From Lepidodermella squamata (taxonomy: Eukaryota > Animalia > Gastrotricha), in NCBI GenBank assembly GCA_047495785.1, contig JBLDXI010000054.1:3286001-3350000 (forward strand): a stretch of DNA of 64,000 nt. The letters are read 5' to 3'. The notes beneath the pieces are model-generated. The model ran no database searches and was not told the DNA's origin. It saw only the letters and a list, made by a program, of their open reading frames with translations. Of the stretch, positions 27,709-39,552 are shown in pieces. Both the position numbers and the translations under genes were made by a program. Position 1 is the stretch's first letter. Each line of letters starts with the position of its first letter.

Positions 27709-29759
27709 TCAAGTCAGAGTTCCAGACCAGTTGATTGGATTGTAAGCTAGAACACGACGCTCGTGCTCAAGTTCGCGGTTACGCTCTTCGACAACTCGCT
27801 GCTTTCGATCAGCCGCCAACTGGAGTGGATATAAAAACTCATTTTCTTAATAAATTGTATTAAGGCGGCTCTTACCCGATGATTATCGTGCGAGAATTGT
27901 CGCAGGTACATACGCTTTTGCCATTCAGCTCTCGCGTCTTCGCGGAGACATTCCTTATCGTATTCGATAGCAGCTGTGGCTTCGGATAGATCGAGGTGGA
28001 ACCGTTTTCTAGACCTATTCCATTGCTCCTCCATCTGCTGTTTCAAGATCCCTCGCATGTGACGCCTTAAAATATAAAGATTGATTAAAATTGATGTGTT
28101 TTCAATTCAGACTATCGTTTAGTAGAATTAAATTTCAAAAATTGGCACCTAACTCGAAATATGCATAGGTATCTGTGATTTTTCGAATAATTTCGTTAAA
28201 CCGGGTTCTCTAGGTCCTGCTCGAGGCCTTTCTCGGGCTATTAAGCCGGGTTCTCAAAGCGACGATGAGGCCTCGAACAGAAAATTACTCATCATTTTAA
28301 AGACATTTTATTGAGTTTCTGAGGATTATCCCAAAAATTGCGGATAATTCTGAAAGAGTATTTTTGAACTAAAAATCTATAAAGTTTGATTCCACAGAAA
28401 ATGAGACCAATCTTTTACTTACAGGGTGTCTAGATTTCTCAATCATATGTTGATACAAATTTACCTATAAAGGCGAAATAGGTCTGAAGTAAAGCCATTT
28501 ATATGTGCCACAGTCTAATAAATAATTCAGTTTCATTCCCAAATGCAACTGTAGTTCAATGAGAAAGCTTTGAAAAAACGAGTTCTTGAGGGAATCAGAC
28601 AATATCATTGAGCTTAAATTGAAGCTAAGGTTCAGAAAAACGAACTCGTTTGACAGCTATAAGCAGTGTCAGAAATAAATGTTTGGCTGTCTTTCAATTT
28701 GCAAAAATTAATCAATTAGCACCTTGGCCTAACAGATTTTCTAAAATAAAAAAAGCTCACTTGTAGCCATCGACTTCATCTTTAGTGCCGTAGTACATTT
28801 TCGCCAGCATTTCATTGCTGTTAATGTGTTGAAGGCGACGCATGATATTAGCGCGCTGTTCATTGCGCCAGTGCCCATCAACAGTTTCCCACGAGGTGTG
28901 CTGACGCTGGGGTGCAGGCGGCAACGGGTGAATCGGCTCGAGGCGGCTAGGCAACTCCGCCGCAGCAGTCACGATCGGAGGTACCCAGCCGTAGGGAGTG
29001 CTGTAAATTAACGTTGTTGGTTCGCGATTTAGGGCAGGCGGTGCAGGAGCACTGCCGGCGACTCGAACTGAGCCGGTATCGAAGGGCGAGCAGTGAAAGG
29101 AAACGAGCGCGCGGGAGCGTTTGGTCAGCAATGGCGCTCGATTTCCGACCGACGGCGTGGCGGAACCGGCACCATTTCCGTTTTCTTCAATTCGATGCGT
29201 TGTCACGGTCAACCCACTGGCCGAAACATTCGGCTTCTCGCCGCCATCACCAGCCAAGGCCTGAGCAACTCCGTTACCACCACCACCAATGTTAGAAAGA
29301 CGAGGCAGTCCGCTACTGCTTGAAGGTTTTGGCAATGGCTGTAATTGAACAGAAATGGAAACATGAAATCTTCGAAGATAACAAGAAAACTCAAGTGAAA
29401 AAACTCAGCAAATAAAGTAAATTGAAGCGAAAAATGTGAAAGATTCAGTCACCTGCTTCATAGATTTTTTAACATGTTTATCCTTTGACAAAGCGAAGTG
29501 ATAATTCAACTAAAAATACGCCTCGTGTTTACTATACCTCCAACGGGCAATGATATCGCTTTCAATCGATAATAAAAAATAACGGTAATTACTAGAAATT
29601 CAGTAAAAGTTGATTCCAAGGGAGCAATGGACTTATAATAAGGTTGATAAAGCGGTGAAATTGTGGCTGGCTTACCACGAAATCTCTCATGAATACGATC
29701 GTGCTTTTAGTCGAGCTAGCGCTCGGTGTCAATTCAGTTTTGCTTCGTTCGAGAATCAT
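27709..29759 (-). CDS. Uncharacterised protein with C-terminal coiled coil ending NPINWSGTLT* (at least 4 exons)
   Basis: Exons join in frame: MILERSKTELT...RDFV | PLPKPSS...DGYK | RHMRGILKQQMEEQW...DNHR | LAADRKQRVVEERNRELEHERRVLAYNPINWSGTLT*. Confidence 0.7.
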
Positions 29760-30410
29760 TAATAGCGCTGTTGTTCAATTTTTTATTCGAATGCGAGCTG
29801 GATCATCTCCTCGGGCAACCGTAGTAATGACGCTTGGTTCGATAGCCGCCGACGATGTGAACAAGGTTGTTATCGGTAAAAACCTATTACGCAAACAGTA
29901 AATACAAACCTCGATCAGGTTTCCTATACTCACTATAAAAAAAAAGAATTTACACTAAGCTTTGTCGTTGCATATTTTAACAGAAAAATCGCTAGAATGA
30001 CTGTTCAATGGCGTTGCTAAACAACTGAAGAAGACGGTAGTGCTCAATCTATACCGCATTATTGAGCGAGGTGTGACCAGTGCGCGCTTAAAAAACGACG
30101 CTCTAGGGTGAAAGGGAGTAAAAATGACGTACTTCACCTTGATTTCAGTATTATTATTACGAGCTGCTTTTGTTCACTCAAATGCAGCATAGGTTATGAG
30201 CGAAGCGACGTTGCTTAGCCGTCGCTCGGTTGGCATGAGATATCGCGCTGCATTTTTTTCGGCGGCCATTCATGCCGTATTTAGGCAGTCTTGGAAAATC
30301 TCTGATACAAAACCATATGAAAGAAAAATTACCTTGTTTCTTTTCAAGAATTAACGAGTGCATTTTTACTTCATCTAAAGAGCTCGGGGAAAAAATCACT
30401 TATTCACTGT

Positions 30411-30826
30411 TCATTGGTTGGAATTTGATGCTTTCAGGACATCTTGTCGCAATTCAACCGGCAAGTCTTGAAGTTTTGATTTTGCACAGTCCACGCAATA
30501 TCTTTTCTTGTCCATATATACGCTGCATGTCTGCATTGATTTGAGCAGAATGCAACTCATTCAAAATATAAGGCCGCATTACCTGGCTGACGCAAACTGC
30601 ACGCTGACAAAGACAACACTCTTCGCCCAAAATTATCGCATCGTGATGATCGCAGAATGGGTTGCGTATCACGTAAGAATTGTTGTGAAGACTTAGGATA
30701 GTAAATATGAACCCGTAAACAGTAAACGAATGCAAAATAAAATTACCTAATCGCCTTGAGCATAGGAGGTTCCTTTCCATAATAGTCATACTTGGATGCA
30801 AAGTTACAAGAGCAGCAGCTAAACAT
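30411..30826 (-). CDS. CDPF1: Cysteine-rich DPF motif protein 1 (3 coding exons)
   Basis: MFSCCSCNFASKYDYYGKEPP...SYVIRNPF...ILGEECCLCQRAVCVSQTCSVYMDKKRYCVDC...LPVELRQD matches the CDPF1 pattern; DPF appears as NPF. Confidence 0.88.
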
Positions 30827-31790
30827 GCCTATTAAAGTCAGAGCTAAAAAAATAATAGTAATCAATTACTTTCAGAAGGAGCGCAAACAAGTTAATCAAC
30901 AATGCTAATACTAGGTTTCCTTTTTGATCAGAGTGATGGCTAGCGGATGCTAGCGGATATGCAATGCGGAGATATTAACCAATGCAGGCTCAGGTTTTCG
31001 AGTGAGCATTGGGGAGGGTTAGTGGATGAAGAAACTAAGATACCGCAGATGCGCCTTGGTCGCCCACAGACGCAAACGATAGTGAACGCGGTCTAATGAA
31101 AACGACTTATCTTAATCTGCCTACTACCCGAAAGACTTTCTCTTCAATCTTCAATATATCCAGTGTCAAAAACAATCATACTATTGCAGTCAAATCGGTG
31201 AATCTTGGTGGAATGCAGCCCGGGGCGGAGGACCAAATAGCGCAACTTAACATGTTTCTTTCGAGCCTTTCGAGAGATGGCAAAATCATAGCTACGGAAT
31301 CGATTCGATTTCATTCAATTCCATAAATCATTTTTCTCAATATGACAGTGATCAGCGATGTACACAAATAGGCGCATAGCACTCACCTGGCGCTGTCAAG
31401 TTTCAACAACTCTTCCACGTTTTTGTTGTTGAAAGAAACATGTTCAAAAACCAACATAGATTTTGGTTTCATTTCTCATTTTAAACCACGTGCCAAATGG
31501 TTTTCATACTTAAAATGTACCAAAATGAAGAATTCTGAGCAATATTGGCATCATTATGCTTCTCAATTTTGCATTCTTGAAGTTTGAATTTCGCGCGCGC
31601 TTCGGCGTTCTGCGCGTTTTTTTTTAAGACGCGAGCAGCTGAGTCTTCGCCTTGGACGGTGCCTTGATGAGCTGTCCCTATCTTCCCTATCCCGAAATAA
31701 ACATGTCTCCCACACGGTGTGGCGTATCTCACTTAATTTAGCTATCTTTTGTTTTTAGAGTCGGCGTGACAGGTATCGGAAGCTAGGTTT

Positions 31791-33472
31791 ATGGCGTCAG
31801 CTGTTTTTAATTCCAACGGAATGAGTGGACATTTCGGGGTGATGCAGTTCAGGGAAGAATTGAGACGCCTGAAGCGCGAAGCCATCGAAGATCTGTCGAA
31901 CAAAATGGACGATCTGATTGGAAAAGCTGAGCTTCATCCCAACTTAAATGCACTCGTGAAGACAAACAAAACACCCCCAGCAACTCCGAAGATTCGTCGG
32001 AAAAAGGGGGATCTCCCAGACAAAGAATTCTTGATGCAGAACTCTGTTCTCACAGATTTATTTCATAGCAGGCATATTCAAACTATCAAGCACATGACGG
32101 TTGCGGCAATGATTGTTTGGATTATTGTTGTGTCCGCCACTGATGCGCTTGATAAACGCAGTTACAAAGCACTTCTTCCCAATACGGATTTGGTCGAAAG
32201 TGCGTTCAAAAACTATCGCATGGCTATCACTTTTTGGATGACTCAAATGCTCTATGCGTTCTTGATGTATCCTCTGTGTTACTACTGGAGCTGCTATCGT
32301 CCATCTGGCCCGCAGAACTGGTTTGATCGCATTTTTACGGCTATTTATGTGTTAGCTCAAGCCTACTTCCTGTGGATGCCTGCTGACTTATTATTTTTCA
32401 AACCTCTGTTGGGATCAGCTGCTGCCGTTGCGATAGCTATAGAGCAAATGCGACTGATGATGAAAATGCATTCTTTCTTCAGAGAAGCTACTCGTAGTGT
32501 TTATCGGTTCGAGGCTTCGTTGTTGAAGCGCACCGATGGTGACAGCGCTGTCACAGCTACGCCACCTCCATTTCCTGGCTTCGATCGGTTTGTTCAGAAT
32601 TTTTTATTAGGTCTCATTTTTATATTAGTGCATTTCAGCTACCTTTACTTCTTATTCGCACCAACTTTAATTTATCGGGACTCGTACCCTAGGAGCGAAA
32701 CGATCAACTGGCATTACGTTTTCACTAACTTCATCCAGTTTTTCGCCTGTGTAGTTTTCATGTATTATCTGATTCAGCGCTATCTGTCTCCTGAATTCAA
32801 GGCTCTCGATTTCGCAAATTTAACTTTCGAGCATGTATTGAGATCGATCTTCCGCTGCACTCTCCCTGGAATAATGTTGCTCTTCTTGGTGTTTTTCTCG
32901 TTCCTGCATTCCTGGCTAAATGCATGGGCTGAGATGCTGCGGTTTGGTGATCGAATGTTTTACAAAGATTGGTGGAACGCCATGTCTTATGCCGGATTTT
33001 ATCGGACCTGGAACTGCGTGGTTCACGACTGGCTGTATACATACGTTTATAAGGAATCGCTTGAATATTTTTCGGTAGGAATATAATCTGGGTTGAAAAC
33101 TTCGAAATCTGAGAAAATAATTTTTTACAGATTCGCAGAAAATCGCTTGCTGCTTTGTTGGTTTTTTCGATATCAGCCTTCTTCCACGAGTACGTATTGG
33201 CTTCCTCCCTTCGCTTTGTGTATCCGGTGCTGCTTTTGGAGTTTGGCTTTCTCGGATTTATTTTCTTCTTCATCAACGTTGAAGCTCGTTTTTCGAATGT
33301 GCTCATGTGGGTCACATTAACCCTCGGATCTGGCATCTTGATGTGTTTATATTCCCTGGAGGTTTACGCGAGAGAACGGTGCCCTCAAACTCTCGATTAT
33401 TTCTCCGACCTTTTTGTTCCAAGGTCTTGGAATTGTTGGCCCCAACGAGCTCAAATCAATGGTACAAGCTAG
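31791..33472 (+). CDS. SOAT1: Sterol O-acyltransferase (ACAT, MBOAT family); exons 31791-32587, 32639-33074, 33131-33472
   Basis: EQMRLMMKMHSF, YLYFLFAPTLIYRDSYPR, FLHSWLNAWAEMLRFGDRMFYKDWWN, RTWNCVVHDWLYTY, catalytic SAFFHEY, PRSWNC. Confidence 0.95.
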
Positions 33473-34124
33473 ATAACTTTATTTGTCCTTCTTTTGTCTT
33501 GTGTATATCTTTTTTATCGCCATATTCTGCTTGGAAGTTGAAGGAGACCCGGTACATGTTTTGAGTGATCTAATTAATTGACCATATTATTGTCTTACGT
33601 TATTTTGTGGGTTGACGTTTCATTATCAGACAAAAACCCTGCCTTGCCCTTCCTCATATGCATCTATTACTTCTAGTTCGTAGTATGTTCTGCGTAAATG
33701 TGCTATTTAGAAATCTTTAATGTGCAATTTATCTTTCACTAATTCGTGATATCATATGCTATCAAAAGTAACTCTGCTTAACCATATCGCATCCGATGCC
33801 TGTTCACCTGATAATCCTGGAGTGCTAGAATCGTTTTTCAAAAATTTGCTCAATTCAATTTTGACGATTGCTCGAATTCAAAGTTTATGAATTTTTACAA
33901 TGTTCTGTGTTATTTCGCTTGTCAAAGTTTATTTTTCTGTGTTTATTTTCTCGTTTTGTGTCCCTATTGGGGCAGGATATTACCTCAGCTAGATTTACAA
34001 GCTCATCGAACATAAGTTGCACGCTATCATCACTGAACATTGAAAATAATAAAACTTTATTTTACTTTCTTGCCTCTTAGAATTTTGTTCTCAAATTAAA
34101 TCGAGCGACATATGGTAGTGAGCC

Positions 34125-37100
34125 ATGATATATACTGCAGAAGATGATGATCTAGCGAGTGAGGCCAGCTCTCTTGTGTCATATGACGAGGATGGCTTCA
34201 ACAACCATCCGAATTCACTCATTTCAGCGCTAACTCGAGTTTTATCGGCGTCATCGCCTGCATCGAAACCAGTTTCCACCCCGCCAAGTTGGCATCAAAG
34301 TCGAACTCCATCGCGGACTAACTCAGTAGTTGAATCCAGTGGCGTGTCTGCATCAGTCAGTCTGCCAAGTACTCCAACAGTCTCATTAAATACTTCGATT
34401 TCCGAACGAGAAGCTGCGTTTTTAGCCCGTGTCGTTCGCCCCGACGAGTTTGCATGCCAAGCTATAATGTTTTCTAGACAGCTGTTGCTGCCACACCTAG
34501 TCAGTTACCCAGTTCACCGTCGGATTTCTATCTTGACAGACATCACGTGTGGCTGCAAGGATTTCTCACGGCTTGAACACGAATTACCTTACGCGATTTT
34601 GGAAACTGTCAACGATGCTTTCGATTTGACGGGAGTTGTCTCCCACTCACCCTCTCTGACGCTACTATCTCAAGCCTTGAGATACAACATAAAAGCCTTC
34701 GCTCTGTCTGGGGCTTTTCCGTTGCTAGGTCTAACGCTATCCAAGCTATTTCTCATATTTAAAGATGCCAAGATCTTCGAGCAACTCGTTGAAATATCTG
34801 ATATAGTCGTCAAAAGATGGATCTTGGCGGATATGAAGGATAACACCAAGGTAATTTGGAATTTTATATTATGAAATTGGGAGATGATGAGTTTGGAAAT
34901 GTGGATTTTGAATATGAAGTTATACTTTATGTATTACAGGCATTTCTGCAAAGTTTTATAGCGGCTTCTGGTCGATTTTGGCCTAGCCAGGCTCCAGCCT
35001 CAGCGCAGCAGTTGATGCGAACCCTCATTAATGGTTGCCACAGCGTTGTTGCTGTTCAAGCGCTGTTCGACTGCGCTCAGGGCAAAGTTACAGTAGGGGA
35101 CGATCCAAGCCTGGCGGTTCTCGGCGCTCTTGCTACGATTCGAAACTTACTGCTTGAAGTTTCCTCATCTACACCCGCATCCAGGTCGATGTCACCCTCA
35201 GTAACAGCCATGGAATCGAGTTACTACTTCAGCGATACTGCTTCCTATACAAAAAAGTTGATAAGCGAGAGCGCCCTTCCTCTTGTATCTAATTTGGTAC
35301 TAATTAACAAAGAATACTGCAAAACCCCAAAAGTTTTCATCGAAATAACTGAGCTTTTGGGGGTTATCGTCACTTCGCAAGCTCCTAATTCGAAATCAGG
35401 GGATAATTGCGCCGACTTTTGGACTGTTTTATTTCATTGTTTGGAGACGCTTGACCGCGCTATTCAAGAACTACCGCCAACAACCGGCCCTCCAGCTGCG
35501 TTGGGCCAAGGTCCGAGGAATTCAGGCGGAGCCATGCCAACACCAGCCCATGCCGAGCCTGTTCATAAATACAACAACCTGCTTCTTGCCCTTATATCGC
35601 ACTTAGAATTCGATTCGCCTCGTTTCACGTCACTCTACTGGATTTTATCAACTTCTCACACGAATTCAGCCCTCAGGTCACTGGAGGTGATATCGAAGCT
35701 CAGCCTGTACTTTTGCGAGTACCACTTGATGGCAATATCCGAAACTTCACCAGTTTTTGTTGATATTCAAGGATTTCTACTCGCGTTCTACGTTCGCGAT
35801 AGCCGCCAATCAGTTCGCGAGTGTATTTTGAACGGGTTGTCTGGCGCTTTCATCGCTAGACCTAAGCTGATATCCGAAATGGTCGTGTCAGTCGTGCTAG
35901 ACCACGTTTTCGGCTGTTCGACGAACATGAAGCCGCGGCCTTTGATTTCAGACACTTCCTCGCCGAAAAGTGCCCAGGCTGCTCTTGCCTTCATCAAACA
36001 GCTGTTTCATTCGACGCGACCTGCCAGAAATCGGCATTTCATTTTCACGCAAGCGTTAGCTATTCTATTCACCGCAGCTAATGGCGGTAGCAACTCGTTG
36101 ATCGAATCGCTTTCTCGAGATATTTTCGGGATTATTGTCGCGAATATGGCTGATAGCTTGACGTGCACTAGTCCGATTTTGATGAAAACGGTCGATACGT
36201 TCAGCCTCGAGCTATTTCGACGATTCGAAGCGGCGACCTCTTCGTCTGAAATGTTAGCCTGCTGGCGGCCTACCTTACTGCGATTTCTTTGCTTATGCTC
36301 TGGTTTGGATACGAATTCACTCGGGCAGGTAATAGCCGATCGGCGTTTTGTCGAGGGGGCGTGCCTTTTCACGTCGATGGACGAATTGCTTGAACACTTG
36401 AATTCGTCATCGAATCTTGTCATGAGCTCAGATCGACGTGATATGATTCTAATCCCGGGATTGAAATGGTCCTCTGAGCTTCAAGTTTCGGTGTATTCGA
36501 TGAAATTGCTAGTTCTATCGCTAAAAACCGAGAAAGATCCCACCGCCTTCAAATGCTTCGCCGCGCTGACTTCGAGATTTTTCTCAAAACGGCGCGTTCT
36601 ACAAAAATACGCACCACCAGCGCTGTTTCCTTTGGTAAATGAACTGGTTGAGTTGCTATGTAAATGCGCTGCCAGTGGTATCAAGCGGTACCTGATGGAG
36701 CAGAACCAGCTATCGAGTCAACACACTAGCAAAGATGGGCAATCTCACGGTCACTCTCAGGGCCAATCAAGTGTAACGTCTTCTCCTCACGCGCAACAGT
36801 CCCATCATGTCGTAAGTTCAAATCCATGTACCAAAAACCGCGCAATCTTTTCTCGAAGTGGCAGTTTTTTTCATCAAATTCATTTATTTCTTAAATATTG
36901 AACCTTCGAATGAAATTGTCCACTATAATATGCCGAAAATATTTTAGATATACCGGATCAAACTCGTTTGGTAATTATAAGTATTTTCTCTCGTTTAACC
37001 GATTTTCTACGGAATTCTTATTTCTGTTGCCAAATTTTATAACTAATTACCATTCTCATGGATTTAAATTTCTTCTGGCCGTAAAGTACGCAGGACGTCA

Positions 37101-38962
37101 TTGTAGACTTCCTAATCCCTTATCAATTGATTGCGCTACTTATGGGACGTTATTGAATAGCCTCCTTAAAATTGTTCATTTTCAGCCCGCAGTTCCAGCC
37201 CAGCCTTCACCCTATTGCCTGCAAACAATTTTCCGAGCTTTTTTGCTCGTTCCTGCCTTGGATTTCGCTCTTGAAGACGAGCGCAGGTGCCTGTTTTTCC
37301 GGTGTTTGCTGAAAGCGTTAAAATCACCAGTGGCTGGCGAAGCCATGGACTGCCTCACGCTGTGTCTTGTCCACATGCCGACTAATCACGCCCAAGAATG
37401 GCTGGAGCGCGTCACAGTCGAACTGTCTAAACTCGTATCAGCAACATCGTTCGCGCCTAACGTCATCCTTCTCATGGACATGCTTCGGACTTTCATCAAG
37501 CGCGGCGCTATTACCATATCCCAAGATTCATTTCTTGCCATTTTCAGTCTGGTGCTCTCGTTTGCTAATCCGTGCCGTTTCGGCTATTTTTATTCATCGC
37601 TTGCTTTTAATTCAATGTTTGCCTGGTTTCTCGACTCACCTGTCCACTTGCGTCCAGACCTTGGGTCTTACGTTTTGAAGCAACTTGCCGGCTATCGATA
37701 CTTTTCGGAAAACCAAGCCTCAGCCTCGTCATCCGGTGTTCGATACTACGACGAAATGACCGAGTTGACGCGAGATGTTGTCACCGAGCATAATTCTCGT
37801 CGAATCAACGATTTCGAACCGAACCGACTGGTCGAGTTTGAGAGTTGCCCGACGTGGTTTCTCGACAATGACCGAATAATCAGTTTTAAGAAAGATACTG
37901 AGAATCCTAGCTCGATTTCGGTTCTAGTTCGCTCGCCATCTTCAGTTTCAATATTTTCACTGCAAAGGTCGACGCGAAGTTTACCGAACGTATCCCGTAA
38001 AGAAGACCAGGATTCTTTCGACAACGAAGTTGCCGCACTGGTCTCAACCTTTTTCGGTAGCTCTGCTGCTTTGGGCTTGCGAAAACCGCTCACCCAAGAA
38101 GCTGATCGCGGCTTGAAGAATTTCGATCTAATTTTACCGTTTCAACAATTTAAGGTGGGTGTTATTTATATTTTATTCTTTTAATAATCAATTAATTTCC
38201 AACAGATTGGTATCCTATTCTGGGCTCCAGGTCAAACCACTGAGGAGCAAATTTTGTCAAACTGCTATGGGACGCCACGTTACGAGCGATTTGTCGAAAA
38301 ATTGGGTCTCGTATCGCGGCTAGTGGCCACAGGTACGAAGAAAAAGGACGCCCAGTTTTTGTTCACTGGAGGCCTTGATTCTGGCGGCGAAGATGGGCGG
38401 GTTGCGTTGACATACGTCGACGGATATTGCCAGGTATATTTTTTATTTTTTTTTAAAGTAAAATTCCAGTCTTTTGCGATTTAAGGTGGCTTACCATGTT
38501 GCGACGTTGATGCCTAACCGCCCGGGTGACCCGAAACGGAACAGCAAAAAACGCCACATCGGCAACGATTACGTCATCATAATTTACAACGCTAGCGGGT
38601 CGACGGCCCAACAACGCGGGGCGGTCGCCTCAGTCATTAGCGGCAGTTTCGCCTACGCGACAATAGTTGTAACACCCCTGCTCGACGGCAACAATCTAGT
38701 ACAGCTCTTTGGCAAACACGACGTGCCGCGGCAACTGCGCTGGAATGCGGGGAAAGCGATAACGGTGACGGAAAAACTCCTCCCTGACTACGTTCGTTTG
38801 TTAGCACTTCACGCTGATATTACGGCGCGCTGCGTCTCGGACGCCCAACCAGTTGCGTTCAACTGGCTCGAACGGCTGAGACGTGTTCGACGGCTGCGAT
38901 CCAAGTTGTCACAAATGACAGGTTCGACTGGCGAAGGGTCAACAGAAGTAGTTTACCAGTGA
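34125..38962 (+). CDS. TSC2: Tuberin-like Rheb GAP, divergent (~1,420 aa, ~5 exons)
   Basis: C-terminal Rap/Ran-GAP domain: KIGILF..PGQTTEEQILSN..GTPRY, FTGGLD, YHVATLMPN....KKRHIGNDYVIIIYN, NWLERLRRVRRLR. Upstream region is helical/HEAT-like. Start codon uncertain. Confidence 0.82.
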
Positions 38963-39552
38963 ACTTAATTTATAAATATGAGATAATAATCTTTGCTAAT
39001 AATCGAAATCATGAACTGAAGCTGTGGCGTCTTTCTTGGGACTTTTTTCACACGTGCTTGTTGAATAAATCGAATTGATCAATTCCTGATGCAACGTATT
39101 ACGTGATTTATTGACATAGAATGTAATTCGAGCATCGCTTATCTGTTTATCTCAATACGCCGAGAGCAGTCATCCCGTGGGGTGCACTGAGCTAAATGGA
39201 GGATGAAGTCATAACTCACTGGGAAACGAGAATTAATCCTTATCAACATTTGCTGGCCAGTGACTGCTGTCTCATACGCCCACAGGCGGTCAAAAAAGGG
39301 TGGATGCATGCTTTCTTCAGTAGAAAGCACGTAAGCTTTAGCTCATTTTCCCAATGCGACAGGGCAGGTCCTAAAAAATAACAGTGTTTCTTATCGCAGA
39401 GTAGGGTGGGCGGCGTCGCGAGAAACGCCCAGTTCGGTAAAAGCGGCGATAAGAGCTCCGCCCAAGAAATCAGTCTTTGGACACGGTCTCCATAAAAGTC
39501 TTTCTCCTGCTTCCATTCTCAGCTGCACGTGTTATTCCCATAAAGCATTGAA

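Noticed and set aside
28180-28435. Short palindromes and a TACAGGGTGTC mariner-like end in an intron
   Set aside because: No matching second TIR was found.
31387-31457. Upstream ATG exon as the coding start of CDPF1
   Set aside because: Splicing it to the next acceptor gives an early stop out of frame with CDPF1; more likely 5' UTR or a uORF.
32588-32638. Apparent extra hydrophobic segment FVQNFLLGLIFILVHFS in SOAT1
   Set aside because: It is a 51-nt stop-free GT-AG intron; removing it restores the conserved ...RYLYFLFAPTLIYRD context.
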